Shown here: positions 15,547 through 25,503 of the stretch, piece by piece
Position numbering within the stretch: the stretch's first letter is position 1
Layout of the letters: every line of letters begins with the position of its first letter
Assembly (NCBI GenBank): GCA_902797175.1
Contig: CADBRX010000087.1
Span: 1-51,060 of the forward strand
Length of the DNA stretch: 51,060 bases
Source: an uncultured Coriobacteriaceae bacterium
GTDB lineage: Bacteria > Actinomycetota > Coriobacteriia > Coriobacteriales > Atopobiaceae
Direction: 5' to 3'
Translations under genes and position numbers: made by a program
The notes under the pieces: generated by a model
What the model was told of the DNA's origin: nothing
Seen by the model: only the letters and a program-made list of their open reading frames with translations
Databases searched by the model: none

Positions 15547-17763
15547 ATGGCTGACAAAGCGACTCATCAAGGGAAAGGGAAGGGGGCTCTGCAATCCTAC
15601 CTTTCACCGATGGCTGCCTGGGCTTTCTCGATCGGAACCAGCATCGGCTGGGGTTCGCTTGTCATCACGGGAAGCACCTATCTTGCAGAGGCCGGACCCA
15701 TGGGCAGCGTGCTTGGCATGTTGGTCGGCCTTGCGATCATGCTGGTGATCGCCCACAACTATCACTACCTGATGAGCCTGCATGCGGGACCCGGAGGCGT
15801 GTACGCCTATGCGCGCGACGTCTTTGGCTTTGACCACGGCGTGCTCGTCGCATGGTTTCTGTGCCTCACCTACGCCGCCATTCTGTGGGCAAACGCCACC
15901 TCGCTGCCGCTCTTTGCCCGCTTCTTTGTAGGCGACCTCTTCCGTGTCGGCAAGCTCTACCAGCTGTTTGGCTACGACGTCTATCTGGGTGAGGTGCTTC
16001 TTTCGGTCGGCGCCATCCTGCTTGCCGGCTACTTCTGCCAGTCGAGGAAGAGGGGCCTTTCGTTTGCCATGGTCGTCATGGCGCTCATCTTTTCGGTGGG
16101 GATAACGATCTGCTTTGCGGGCAGCCTGTTCGGACGCGACGCTGCGCAGTTTAGCTTTGAACCTGGGTTTGTTCCCGGGTCGGACGCCATCTCCCAGGTG
16201 ATGCACGTGGCGTGCATGTCGTCGTGGGCCTTCATCGGCTTCGAGAGCATCTCGCACCTGTCGGGCGAGTTCTCCTTTTCCGCCGACCGGTCATTCAGGG
16301 TCTTGGTGGTGGCGCTCGTGTCCACCACGGCGCTCTACGTGTTTGTCACGCTCCTTTCCGTCACGGCGTATCCTACGCAGTACGGCAGCTGGTACGAGTA
16401 CATTCAGGCCCACGGCTCTGCCCAGGGCATCGAGGGCATTCCTGCCTTCTTTGCGGCGCGCTACTACCTTGGTGGGGCCGGTGTCGGCATCCTCATGTTC
16501 GCGCTTCTCGCGCTCATACTGTCGAGCCTCGTGGGCAACATGGTTGCGCTGAGCAGATTGCTGTATGCCCTGGCAAAGGACCATGTCGTCTCGTTGGGCC
16601 TTGACGAGCTGAATGGGCGGGCGATTCCTGCGAGGGCGATCCAGCTCATCGTTGCCGTTTCGGTCTTTGTCCCCTTGCTGGGCAGGACGGCCATCGGCTG
16701 GATCGTTGACGTGACGACGCTTGGCGCGACGTTTGTCTACGGCTTTGTCTCGGTTTGCGCGCTGCGCGAAGGACGTCTCAGGCGTGATGCGCGCGAAAGC
16801 ATATCCGGCGCCGTCGGTACCGCGCTCATGGCGCTGATCGGCGCGTACCTCATGCTGCCGAGCCTCCTCTCGGAAGGGAGCATGGCAACGGAGTCGTACT
16901 TTCTGTTTACCGTGTGGGCCATTCTGGGCTTCCTCTTCTTCCGCCACCTGCTCTTGCACGACGAGGAGCGCAGGTTTGGAAAGTCCATCATCAGCTGGGT
17001 GGTGCTCCTTGCGCTCGTCCTCTTTGCCTCGCTCGCGTGGATGGGACAAACGACGGGTGACGCGACCGGCAAGGCCATGGAGAGCGTGCACGAGTACTTT
17101 GGCAACGAGTCTGGCGCCGTGCTGGCCGACGCGGACGAGGAGTACCTGCGCCAGACCATGGAGACGCTCAACAGCTCCATAGCCCGGGGCATCGCGGTGA
17201 TGGCGGGGTCGTTCACGTTTTCGTTGGGAATCATGCTCAGCAACTTTGCCATCATGCAGCGTCGCGAGGTCGAGGCGCAGCAGATAGCAAACCGCGACCC
17301 GCTGACCGGCGTGAAGAGCAAGCATGCCTACGTCACCAGGGAGGCGGAGCTCAACGAGCAGATCTTAGGCGGAGACCTTGGCGACCTGGCCGTCGTGGTG
17401 TGCGACGTCAACGACCTCAAGCAGGTGAACGACACGCTGGGCCATAAGGCGGGGGACGACTACATCCGCCAGGCGTGCAGCATGATCTGCCAGCTCTTCA
17501 AGCACAGCCCGGTCTTCCGCATCGGTGGCGACGAGTTCGTCGTGCTGCTGCAGGGATCTGACTACGAGCGTCGACAGCAGATAATGGCCGAGCTGCAAGC
17601 CCAGTCACAAGCTAACAGGGGGACGGGCAGCCCGGTTGTCGCCGCGGGCATCGCGGAGTACGCAGCTGGCAGCGATGCGCGCCTGCATGAGGTCTTCGAG
17701 CGCGCGGATGCGCTCATGTATCAGCGCAAGGAGGAACTCAAGGGTGGCGTATCGAGGCGCTAG
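15547..17763 (+). CDS. APC-superfamily permease-like domain fused to a C-terminal GGDEF diguanylate cyclase domain
   Basis: 738 aa from ATG 15547 (TTG 15529 in the ORF track). The N-terminal polytopic region has the APC-like pattern AWAFSIGTSIGWGSLVITG and more than 12 hydrophobic segments. The C-terminal domain has RDPLTGVKSKHAY, DVNDLKQVNDTLGHKAGD and an intact RIGGDEFVVLL. No RxxD I-site lies 5 residues upstream. Confidence 0.85.
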   Translation: MADKATHQGKGKGALQSYLSPMAAWAFSIGTSIGWGSLVITGSTYLAEAGPMGSVLGMLVGLAIMLVIAHNYHYLMSLHAGPGGVYAYARDVFGFDHGVLVAWFLCLTYAAILWANATSLPLFARFFVGDLFRVGKLYQLFGYDVYLGEVLLSVGAILLAGYFCQSRKRGLSFAMVVMALIFSVGITICFAGSLFGRDAAQFSFEPGFVPGSDAISQVMHVACMSSWAFIGFESISHLSGEFSFSADRSFRVLVVALVSTTALYVFVTLLSVTAYPTQYGSWYEYIQAHGSAQGIEGIPAFFAARYYLGGAGVGILMFALLALILSSLVGNMVALSRLLYALAKDHVVSLGLDELNGRAIPARAIQLIVAVSVFVPLLGRTAIGWIVDVTTLGATFVYGFVSVCALREGRLRRDARESISGAVGTALMALIGAYLMLPSLLSEGSMATESYFLFTVWAILGFLFFRHLLLHDEERRFGKSIISWVVLLALVLFASLAWMGQTTGDATGKAMESVHEYFGNESGAVLADADEEYLRQTMETLNSSIARGIAVMAGSFTFSLGIMLSNFAIMQRREVEAQQIANRDPLTGVKSKHAYVTREAELNEQILGGDLGDLAVVVCDVNDLKQVNDTLGHKAGDDYIRQACSMICQLFKHSPVFRIGGDEFVVLLQGSDYERRQQIMAELQAQSQANRGTGSPVVAAGIAEYAAGSDARLHEVFERADALMYQRKEELKGGVSRR

Positions 17764-17772
17764 GGCGTCCCG

Positions 17773-18393
17773 TTACTCACCGTCCAGATGAGCCTGGATG
17801 CGGTTTACGAGCATGTCGAGCGCCACGAGGTTCTGCCCTCCCGTGGGAATGATGATGTCCGCATAGCGCTTTGAGGGCTCGACGAAGGCCTCGTGCATGG
17901 GCTTTACCGTCGTCAGGTACTGGTTGATGACGCTTTCCAGGCTGCGGCCACGCTCCTGCACGTCGCGCAGGATGCGCCGAAGGATGCGGACGTCGGCATC
18001 GGCGTCGACAAAGACCTTCACGTCCATGAGGTCACGCAGCTCGGGATGCGCAAAGATGACGATGCCCTCCACGATGATGGCGCGCGACGGCTTCACCGTG
18101 GTGGTGCGGTCGGTGCGGTCGTAGGTCGTGAAGTCATACACCGGGACCTCAACCGACTCGCCGCGGCGCAGGGCGGCCAGGTGCTCGACCAGAAGTTCCG
18201 TCTCATAGGCGTCGGGATGGTCGTAGTTGAGCAGCGTCCGTTCCTCGTAGGTCATCTCGTGATGCGCGCGATAGTAGTTGTCATGGGTGATGACGGTGAC
18301 CTCGTCTCCCAGCCGCTCAGAAATCTGGCCCGTTATGGTGGTCTTTCCGCTGCCGGTTCCTCCCGCGATGCCTATGACCATGATGTCGCCCAT
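17773..18393 (-). CDS. udk: Uridine kinase
   Basis: 206 aa from ATG 18393 (GAGGGGG 8 nt upstream). Motifs are the P-loop IAGGTGSGKTT, HDNYY, LNYDHPDAYE and PVYDFTTYDR. Confidence 0.92.
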   Translation of the reverse strand: MGDIMVIGIAGGTGSGKTTITGQISERLGDEVTVITHDNYYRAHHEMTYEERTLLNYDHPDAYETELLVEHLAALRRGESVEVPVYDFTTYDRTDRTTTVKPSRAIIVEGIVIFAHPELRDLMDVKVFVDADADVRILRRILRDVQERGRSLESVINQYLTTVKPMHEAFVEPSKRYADIIIPTGGQNLVALDMLVNRIQAHLDGE

Positions 18394-18504
18394 AGTTGAT
18401 GCCCCCTCGCCGCTTGCCAAACGCTGCATCCACCGTCCATTGTGACGCAAGTTGTCGTACCCTTTTCATGACAATGCTGCCCAACGGAGATGAGGGGGAG
18501 TCAC

Positions 18505-18900
18505 ATGGGTGTCTATCTCGACCGCGCCAAGGAGCTCAGAAAGATTGCGAGCCCCCACTACAACTGCGCCCAAGCCGTTCTCGTGCCCTTTGCCGAGCGC
18601 AGCGACATGGGAGGCGAACAGGCCTATGCCGTGGCGCAGGCATTTGGTCGCGGCATGCATTCGGGCAGCGTCTGCGGTGCCTGCGTGGGAGCCCTCATGG
18701 CCCTGGGCGTCGAGGGGCTGGCAGACCCCAAGACGACATCCGGCCTCGTGCGCACGATGAAGGAAAACCACGGCGGCGTGATAACGTGCGCCGAGCTGCT
18801 ACGCCGCTGCGCCGAGGCGGGCCAGGACCGTCACGTCCATTGTGATCGCATGGTGTTCGAGGGCGTGTCTCTTGTGGAGGAGCTGCTTGGGGTTCAGTGA
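18505..18900 (+). CDS. C_GCAxxG_C_C family (putative redox-active) protein
   Basis: 131 aa from ATG 18505 (GAGGGGGAG 5 nt upstream). The family Cys pattern is present: YNCAQAVL, GSVCGACVGALMALG, ITCAELL and HCDRMV. Confidence 0.8.
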   Translation: MGVYLDRAKELRKIASPHYNCAQAVLVPFAERSDMGGEQAYAVAQAFGRGMHSGSVCGACVGALMALGVEGLADPKTTSGLVRTMKENHGGVITCAELLRRCAEAGQDRHVHCDRMVFEGVSLVEELLGVQ

Positions 18901-19024
18901 GACACGCGCTGCATGTGACCCAATGAAACGATACCCCTCGCAGATAGCATGATTGACCATACCAAAGACGTGCTGATACCTTGTCTTATGACTGACTGTA
19001 TTTTCTTGTCGAGAGGTGTGGACC

Positions 19025-21241
19025 ATGGCCGTCTTCGTCACGGGTGACATCCACGGGTGGCTTGACATAGGCAAGCTCACGCCCGATCGGTGGCCGGAGG
19101 GGACAAAGCTCAAGCGCAGTGACTTCGTGGTCATCTGCGGGGACTTTGGCCTGGTCTGGAACAACCCGATCACCCTGGAGGAGAAGTTCTTCATCGACTG
19201 GCTCGAGAGCCGGCCGTGGACCACGCTCTTTGTTGACGGCAACCACGAGAACTACGACCTGCTCGACAGCTTCCCGACCACCAAGTGGCATGGGGGCAAG
19301 GTGGCCCGCCTTCCCGGCGCGCGCCACGTCATCCACCTCCTTCGTGGCCAGGTGTACGAGATGGGCAGCTACGGACGCTGGTTCTGCATGGGCGGCGCGC
19401 CATCGCATGACATCGCGAGCCGCAGGGCGGGCGAGACGTGGTGGCCACGCGAGATCCCAAGCCAGGCAGAGCTTGATGAGGGCTGGGAGAACCTCGAGAA
19501 GGTCGACTTCAGCGTCGACTACGTGTTCAGCCACGACGTGCCCCGAAAGCTCCGCCGCTTTGCCATGGCGCGCCACTACGACGAGAGCCGCGAGCAGGAT
19601 GACGCGATCTCCGCCTTCCTGCAGCAGGTCGACGAGAAGCTGGACCGAGATCGCCTCAAGATGTGGTATGCCGGCCACTACCACGACGACATCATGGTCC
19701 GCGACCATCATCACTGCGTGCTCTACAACCAGATCGTTCCTTTGGGCGAGCTTCCCGACGGTAAGGTGCATCGCCACATGCCCTATTGCCAGGAGTCCTG
19801 GATTGGCGTGGGCGAGGCCGGCAGGCTCTACCGCGAGTGGGTCCTTTCGCGGCGCATCGAGGGCTGCACCATCACCTGGAAGGACAACGAGCACATCGGC
19901 CTTGCCACGGCCACGATGTTTGGCAAGATCACGTTCTATCCGCAGCCCGATGGCCAGCCCGAGGTCGTGGAGCTGATGATCGTGCGCAAGAACGACGGCG
20001 CTCCCATGTTCCACGTGCGCTTCGAGCTCAACGACGAGCTCCGTTCCAAGGAGCTCTTCCTCGAGATGACCGAGGTGCTGGAACGCACCGACAACCGCGG
20101 GTCGCTGCACGTGCTGCTGTGCTGCACCGCGGGCATCACCACCACCATGTACGAGCGCAAGCTCAACGCGCTCGCGGAGTCCCTCTCGCTGCACTACGAG
20201 TTCACGGCGACGCCGCTCGACTTGGCCATCAAGCGCAGGAACCATTACGACGTGGTCATGGTCGCACCTCAGCTGGGGTACCGGCGCAAAGATGCGCAGG
20301 ACGCCTATCCCAATGCGCTCGTCATGGAGATCCCGGGCGAGATCTTCTCGCGCTTTGACGTCGAGGCGACCCTGCACCTCCTGCTTGACGCGCTGGGCGA
20401 AGGCGTGGAGCAGGCGCCGGCCGGCAAGGAGCTCATGATCCAGCGGCCCATCGACGACACCAAGGACGTCATGGTCGTCTCGGTCACCCACCGAGAGGAC
20501 ACCTCCGTCATCGGCTACCGCGTGTTTGCCAACAAGGGCATTGTCGCCGATGGCACGGTATACAAGAAGCACGTGAACTTCCGCGACATCGAGGATGTGC
20601 TGGCTACCGTCAAGGTGGATGGAGTCAACGTCCGCGAGCTTGACGCGGTGGGCATCGCCATGCCGGGCATCATCAACCGCGAGTCGGTTTCGATGCCGGC
20701 GTCAGACATCCGCGACTACGACCTGGGGCGCGAGCTGGAACGCCGCTATGGCATCGAGGTCTACATGGACAACGACGCAAACGCGGCGGCCATGGGTTGC
20801 TACATGAGCCAGACGGACTTTGACTCGGTGGTGTTCCACATCCAGCAGACAGGCAAGATTCCGTGCAGCGAGGGCGTCGTGGCCGATGGCCACCTGGTCA
20901 AGGGCCGCCTCAACTACGCGGGCGAGCTCGAGCCCGTCGCCTGGCTGATGGGATTCTCGGGCGATCCGTACGAGATGGTCTGGACGTACGAGGGCATGAC
21001 CGAGCTTGTGGCAAACTACCTGACCGCGAGCATCTGCACGGTCTCGCCCGATGCCATCTATGTGTCGTCACCGCTGGTGCGCGACATGGACGAGCTGCGC
21101 GAATGGATCTGGCGCACCGTGCCGATGGCGTACGTGCCGGAGCTGAGGTGGGTGGGAGACCCACGCGAGCTGATGTATCTGGGCGAGCTGGCGCTCTGCA
21201 TCGACAAGCTGGTCAATCCACGGCCGCATCGCAAGTGGTAA
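19025..21241 (+). CDS. Four-domain protein of unknown function: calcineurin-like metallophosphoesterase + unassigned domain + PTS EIIB(Lac/Cel/Chb-type)-like + degenerate ROK/sugar-kinase-like
   Basis: 738 aa from ATG 19025 (GAGAGG upstream; GTG 19016 in the ORF track). Metallophosphoesterase motifs are GDIHG, CGDFG, DGNHEN and GHYH. The shared unassigned domain begins YREWVLSRRIEG. The EIIB-like region is HVLLCCTAGITTTMY...VVMVAPQLGY...LVMEIPGEIFSRFD. ROK-like motifs are GIAMPGIIN, YMDNDANAAAMGCY and GRLNYAGELE. Confidence 0.7.
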   Translation: MAVFVTGDIHGWLDIGKLTPDRWPEGTKLKRSDFVVICGDFGLVWNNPITLEEKFFIDWLESRPWTTLFVDGNHENYDLLDSFPTTKWHGGKVARLPGARHVIHLLRGQVYEMGSYGRWFCMGGAPSHDIASRRAGETWWPREIPSQAELDEGWENLEKVDFSVDYVFSHDVPRKLRRFAMARHYDESREQDDAISAFLQQVDEKLDRDRLKMWYAGHYHDDIMVRDHHHCVLYNQIVPLGELPDGKVHRHMPYCQESWIGVGEAGRLYREWVLSRRIEGCTITWKDNEHIGLATATMFGKITFYPQPDGQPEVVELMIVRKNDGAPMFHVRFELNDELRSKELFLEMTEVLERTDNRGSLHVLLCCTAGITTTMYERKLNALAESLSLHYEFTATPLDLAIKRRNHYDVVMVAPQLGYRRKDAQDAYPNALVMEIPGEIFSRFDVEATLHLLLDALGEGVEQAPAGKELMIQRPIDDTKDVMVVSVTHREDTSVIGYRVFANKGIVADGTVYKKHVNFRDIEDVLATVKVDGVNVRELDAVGIAMPGIINRESVSMPASDIRDYDLGRELERRYGIEVYMDNDANAAAMGCYMSQTDFDSVVFHIQQTGKIPCSEGVVADGHLVKGRLNYAGELEPVAWLMGFSGDPYEMVWTYEGMTELVANYLTASICTVSPDAIYVSSPLVRDMDELREWIWRTVPMAYVPELRWVGDPRELMYLGELALCIDKLVNPRPHRKW

Positions 21242-21263
21242 GGCAAACCGTGTTCGCATGGCG

Positions 21264-21317
21264 CAAAGGGGTCCCACCCTTTCGTGCGGTACCGCACGAA
21301 AGGGTGGGACCCCTTTG
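21264..21317. terminator. 54-bp perfect palindrome (27-nt arms, no spacer) between convergent genes; probable bidirectional terminator and member of the CAAAGGGGT hairpin family
   Basis: The sequence is caaaggggtcccaccctttcgtgcggt|accgcacgaaagggtgggacccctttg. Symmetry stops at the flanks (g at 21263, t at 21318). It lies 22 nt after the 19025..21241 stop and 5 nt after the cysE stop. Confidence 0.65.
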
Positions 21318-21322
21318 TGTGG

Positions 21323-22240
21323 TCAGATCTCGTAGCACCAGACGGGCTCTGGCTCGCCCACGCGGCGAACGACCACCTCTTGGTCCTTGACGCCCACGCG
21401 CGCGTTTTCGGGCACCGACTCGACCACAAAGGCGCTGCCGCCAATGACCGACCCAGATCCGATGACGGTGTCGCCTCCCAAGACGCTCGCGTTTGAGTAG
21501 ACCGTGACGTAGTCGCCCAGGGTGGGGTGGCGCTTGACGCCAGAGAGCGCCTGGCCCTTGCGCGTTGAGGCCGCGCCCAGCGTGACGCCCTGGTAGATCT
21601 TTCCGTGCGTTCCGATCTCGGTCGTCTCGCCAATGACCACGCCCGTTCCGTGATCGATGAAGAAGTATTCGCCGATCGTGGCGCCCGGATGGATGTCGAT
21701 GCCCGTGGCGCTGTGCGCCTGCTCGCTCATGAGGCGTGGAATAAGGGGGACGTTGCGCACATACAGCTCGTGCGCAATGCGATGCACCAGGATGGCGTGC
21801 ATGCCGGGGTAGCACAGGATGACCTCCTCGCGACTCTGGGCCGCGGGGTCTCCCTCAAATGCCGCCTCGGCATCCTTCAGCAGCAGCTGCTGGAGCCGGG
21901 GAAGCTCGTCGCAGAACTCCTCGGCAATGACGGCGGCTCGCTCGCACGCCTCCTCTTCTGCGAGGTTGTGATCGGCGTAGAGGAGGGCTCGACGCACCTG
22001 CTCGCCCAAGATGCGCTCGATGCGCATGAGGCGCTCGCCCACCAGCGTGGAGCTGCTCTCGCCTGCAGGGGAGTCATCGTCAAAGTACCCGGGAAACATG
22101 AGGGCGCGTATCTCCTCCACCAAGCGGTAGATTGCGCTGCGCCGCGGAAAGATGCTCTTGTGTCTCTCGAAGAAGGCCGCCTCGTCACCATAGCCATTCA
22201 TGATTGCGTTGATGCGGCGCTCCAGGCTGTGTGCCACCAT
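21323..22240 (-). CDS. cysE: Serine O-acetyltransferase (long form)
   Basis: 305 aa from ATG 22240 (GAGGAG 8 nt upstream; GTG 22288 in the ORF track). Evidence is an N-terminal SATase helical domain and hexapeptide repeats GIDIHPGATIGEYFFIDHGTGVVIGETTEIG, KRHPTLGDYVTVYSNASVLGGDTVIGSGSVIGG. Confidence 0.88.
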   Translation of the reverse strand: MVAHSLERRINAIMNGYGDEAAFFERHKSIFPRRSAIYRLVEEIRALMFPGYFDDDSPAGESSSTLVGERLMRIERILGEQVRRALLYADHNLAEEEACERAAVIAEEFCDELPRLQQLLLKDAEAAFEGDPAAQSREEVILCYPGMHAILVHRIAHELYVRNVPLIPRLMSEQAHSATGIDIHPGATIGEYFFIDHGTGVVIGETTEIGTHGKIYQGVTLGAASTRKGQALSGVKRHPTLGDYVTVYSNASVLGGDTVIGSGSVIGGSAFVVESVPENARVGVKDQEVVVRRVGEPEPVWCYEI

Positions 22241-22378
22241 AGCTGGTCTCCTCTGGCCGACGTTGTCTGAGAGCTGACAGCGTAGCACAGAGGTTAGTCC
22301 ATCTGCGGCTTTTCACCTAAGCGTTGCCTCTCTTGCAACACATGGCTGCTACGATTGACTAGTGATGTGGGAGGGTGA

Positions 22379-25300
22379 ATGTACATGGGTGAAAAGAAGG
22401 CCAACACAACACGCATAGCCCTTGTCGGCAGCATCATTGTTGCAATCATCGTCGTGCTTGGCACCGTTTGGATGGGACAAAGCGCCGCACGGGACACCAA
22501 GAAGGCGGCACGTGCGGTCAGCTTGCTGTACCTTGACGAGCTGGCGGGCCGCAGGGAACAGGTCGTCGCTGCCAACCTGCAGGAATACATCAATGACATG
22601 TCCGTGGCAATCGGACTCATGTCAGATGAGGACCTGAGCGACTTCGAGCACTTTAGGCAATACCAGGGGCGCCTGAAGACCATCTACCACCTTGACAAGT
22701 TTGCCTTTGTCGACGATGAGGGCGTCATCTACACGTCGCAGGGCACGCAGGACGACATCGGCATGTACCGCTTTAACCCAAAGACGATTAGCGGACCGGA
22801 GATTTCCATCCTCAACCTGGAGACCCCCGACAAGAAGGTCGTCATTGCCATGCCAGCAGACCTTACGGTCGAGGAGACCCACCTGCTCGCATGCTTCATA
22901 GAGATAGACATGAACGAGATGCTCAGGGGCGTTTCGATGGAGTCGCTGGAAAACGAGGCGACCTTCTGCAACATCTACACCAACTCCGGCATCGCGTTGA
23001 GCAACACGGTCCTAGGTGGCCTTGCCGTAGAGGACAACCTCCTCTCTGCCATGACGAACGCACAGTTTGACGATGGCTATTCGTACGATACGTTTATCGA
23101 GGCGTTCGAAAACGGTCAGCGGGGCGAGGTGTCGTTTACCTATAACGGCATCGAGGAGACATTGAGCTTTGCGCCCATCGAAGGCACCAACTGGCTGCTG
23201 ACGTACCTCATCCGCGAAAGCGTCATCAGCGAGCGCATCGGCTCGATCTCCGATGACATCATCATACGCAGCGTCATCCAGTCACTTCTGACGATTGCGG
23301 CCCTCGTCTCGATGTTTGCCTTCATCATCTCGCAGGGCCGCAAGAACGCCCAGCTGCTTCTTGAGCAAGAGACGGCCGCTGCGGAAAACCGAGCGCGAAA
23401 CCAGGAGCTCGAGCAGAGGCTTGCCCTGCAGGAGCAGCTGCTCGAGCAGGAACGCAGACGCGAGCAGCAGACCCAGATGATCACGGCGCTCGCCTCGGAC
23501 TACCGCAGCGTCTACTTCATTGACCTGGATAGCGACAGTGGCGTGTGCTACCAGGCCCGCGCTGGTGCCGAGAAGGGCTTGTCGGCTGGCGAGACCTTCC
23601 GCTATCTGAACGCCTTCACCGCATACGCGGACAACTACATCACAGAGCAGTACCACGACGAGTTCATCCGCTTCATCCAACCGGAGGCGGTGAGGGAGGC
23701 CCTGGGTGAGAACAGGGTGATCTCGTACCGCTATATGGTGCACCTCGATGGCCGCGACTCCTACGAGATGATCCGCATGTCCGGCGTGAACACGAAGGAC
23801 AACGAGGACGGCGCCGTTCACGCCGTGGGTGCGGCCCTCATGGACGTGGACGCAGAGACGCGCAAGGCCTTGGCGCAAAACCAGGTGCTGAGCGACGCGC
23901 TCGAGGCTGCCGAGCGTGCCAACAAGGCAAAGACCTCGTTCCTCTCCAACATGAGCCACGAGATCCGCACCCCCATGAACGCCATCATCGGCCTCGACAA
24001 CATCGCGCTCAACGACCCCGACACGCCCCAGAAGACCAGGGAGTTCCTCGAGAAGATCGGGGCTTCGGCAGAGCACCTGTTGGGCCTCATCAACGACATC
24101 CTCGACATGTCGCGCATCGAGAGCGGACGGATGGTGCTCCGGGAGGAGGAGTTCTCGTTCTCGCAGCTGCTCGAGGCCATCAACACCATGTTCAGCGGCC
24201 AGTGTGAGGACCGCGGGCTGAACTACCAGTGCAACATCATCGGCGAGGTGGATCGAAACTACATCGGCGACAACATGAAGCTTCGCCAGGTGCTCATCAA
24301 CATCCTCGGCAACGCCGTCAAGTTCACCCCCAAGGGCGGAAGCGTCACGATGGACGTCGAGCGCATCGCTCACTTCGAGAGCCAGTCGACGCTGCGCTTC
24401 ACCATCTCCGACACGGGCATCGGCATGAGCGAGGAGTTCCTGCCGCACATCTTTGACACGTTTGCCCAAGAGGACTCCTCTGCGACAAACAGGTACGGGA
24501 GCTCTGGCCTGGGAATGGCGATAACCAAGATCATCGTCGAGATGATGAACGGCACCATCAAGGTGGAGAGCGTGAAGGGGGAGGGCTCGACGTTCTATGT
24601 AACCGTTACGCTCTCTGACGCCCAACATGCCGAAGGCGAGGTGGATCCCACCGAAATCCAGCCGCAAGACATGGTGGTGCTCATCGTGGACGACGATCCC
24701 GTGGCGTGCGAGCATGCCAAGCTCGTCCTGGGAAAGGCCGGCATCGCGTCGGAGGTTGCCGAGAGCGGGGCCAAGGCCGTGGAAATGGTGCGCCTGCGCC
24801 ACGCGCGTCGCAACCCCTACAACCTTATCTTGATCGACTGGCAGATGCCCGAGATGGACGGCGTGGAGGCCACGCGCCAGATCCGCTCCATCATCGGCAA
24901 CGAGTCTGCCATCGTGATCCTGACGGCCTACAAGTGGGATGACATCCTGGAGGAGGCGCTCGAGGCCGGCGTGGACAGCATCATCCCCAAGCCCCTCTTT
25001 GCCGAGACGGTCATCGAGGAGTTCAAGTCGGCCATGAAGCGCAAGGGGGCGGCAAGCAAGGGCGTCCACAAGGCGGACCTGACGGGCAGGAGGATTCTGC
25101 TTGCGGAGGACATGCAGGTCAACGCCGAGATCATGATGATGGTCCTCAAGATGCGCGAGATGGAGGTCGACCTTGCCGAGAACGGCAGGATCGCCGTCGA
25201 GAAGTTCTCGTCGCATCCTGAGGGGTACTACGACGCCGTGCTCATGGACATGCGCATGCCCGAGATGGATGGTCTCGAGGCGACGCAGACCATTCGCGCC

Positions 25301-25465
25301 ATGGAGCGTGCGGACGCCAAGGCGATACCCATCATCGCCCTGACCGCAAACGCCTTTGACGAGGACGTGCAGAGGAGCCTCCAGGCGGGTCTGAACGCCC
25401 ACCTCACCAAGCCCGTGCAGCCCGACTCGCTCTTCGAGACCCTGGAGAGCCTCATCCAGGACTAG
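22379..25465 (+). CDS. Hybrid sensor histidine kinase with two C-terminal receiver domains
   Basis: 1028 aa. It has TM1 ([20 protein letters not shown]), a ~270-aa extracytoplasmic domain, TM2, the coiled coil [23 protein letters not shown] and a PAS-like region. The H-box is [18 protein letters not shown]. ATPase boxes are [18 protein letters not shown] and [12 protein letters not shown]1 is VLIVDDDP...[13 protein letters not shown] and REC2 is ILLAEDMQ...[16 protein letters not shown] 22385 is an alternative start. Confidence 0.9.
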   Translation: MYMGEKKANTTRIALVGSIIVAIIVVLGTVWMGQSAARDTKKAARAVSLLYLDELAGRREQVVAANLQEYINDMSVAIGLMSDEDLSDFEHFRQYQGRLKTIYHLDKFAFVDDEGVIYTSQGTQDDIGMYRFNPKTISGPEISILNLETPDKKVVIAMPADLTVEETHLLACFIEIDMNEMLRGVSMESLENEATFCNIYTNSGIALSNTVLGGLAVEDNLLSAMTNAQFDDGYSYDTFIEAFENGQRGEVSFTYNGIEETLSFAPIEGTNWLLTYLIRESVISERIGSISDDIIIRSVIQSLLTIAALVSMFAFIISQGRKNAQLLLEQETAAAENRARNQELEQRLALQEQLLEQERRREQQTQMITALASDYRSVYFIDLDSDSGVCYQARAGAEKGLSAGETFRYLNAFTAYADNYITEQYHDEFIRFIQPEAVREALGENRVISYRYMVHLDGRDSYEMIRMSGVNTKDNEDGAVHAVGAALMDVDAETRKALAQNQVLSDALEAAERANKAKTSFLSNMSHEIRTPMNAIIGLDNIALNDPDTPQKTREFLEKIGASAEHLLGLINDILDMSRIESGRMVLREEEFSFSQLLEAINTMFSGQCEDRGLNYQCNIIGEVDRNYIGDNMKLRQVLINILGNAVKFTPKGGSVTMDVERIAHFESQSTLRFTISDTGIGMSEEFLPHIFDTFAQEDSSATNRYGSSGLGMAITKIIVEMMNGTIKVESVKGEGSTFYVTVTLSDAQHAEGEVDPTEIQPQDMVVLIVDDDPVACEHAKLVLGKAGIASEVAESGAKAVEMVRLRHARRNPYNLILIDWQMPEMDGVEATRQIRSIIGNESAIVILTAYKWDDILEEALEAGVDSIIPKPLFAETVIEEFKSAMKRKGAASKGVHKADLTGRRILLAEDMQVNAEIMMMVLKMREMEVDLAENGRIAVEKFSSHPEGYYDAVLMDMRMPEMDGLEATQTIRAMERADAKAIPIIALTANAFDEDVQRSLQAGLNAHLTKPVQPDSLFETLESLIQD

Positions 25466-25503
25466 CCTTTGCCGTCTGCGGCGGCGAGAAGGCGCTCGCC
25501 GCA

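Noticed and set aside
18986-20572. 528-aa ORF antisense to the metallophosphoesterase-EIIB-ROK gene (twin at 30489..32075)
   Set aside because: Same shadow-ORF signature: V/D/H/G/L/A-rich, no motifs, and fully overlapped by a better-supported gene on the other strand.
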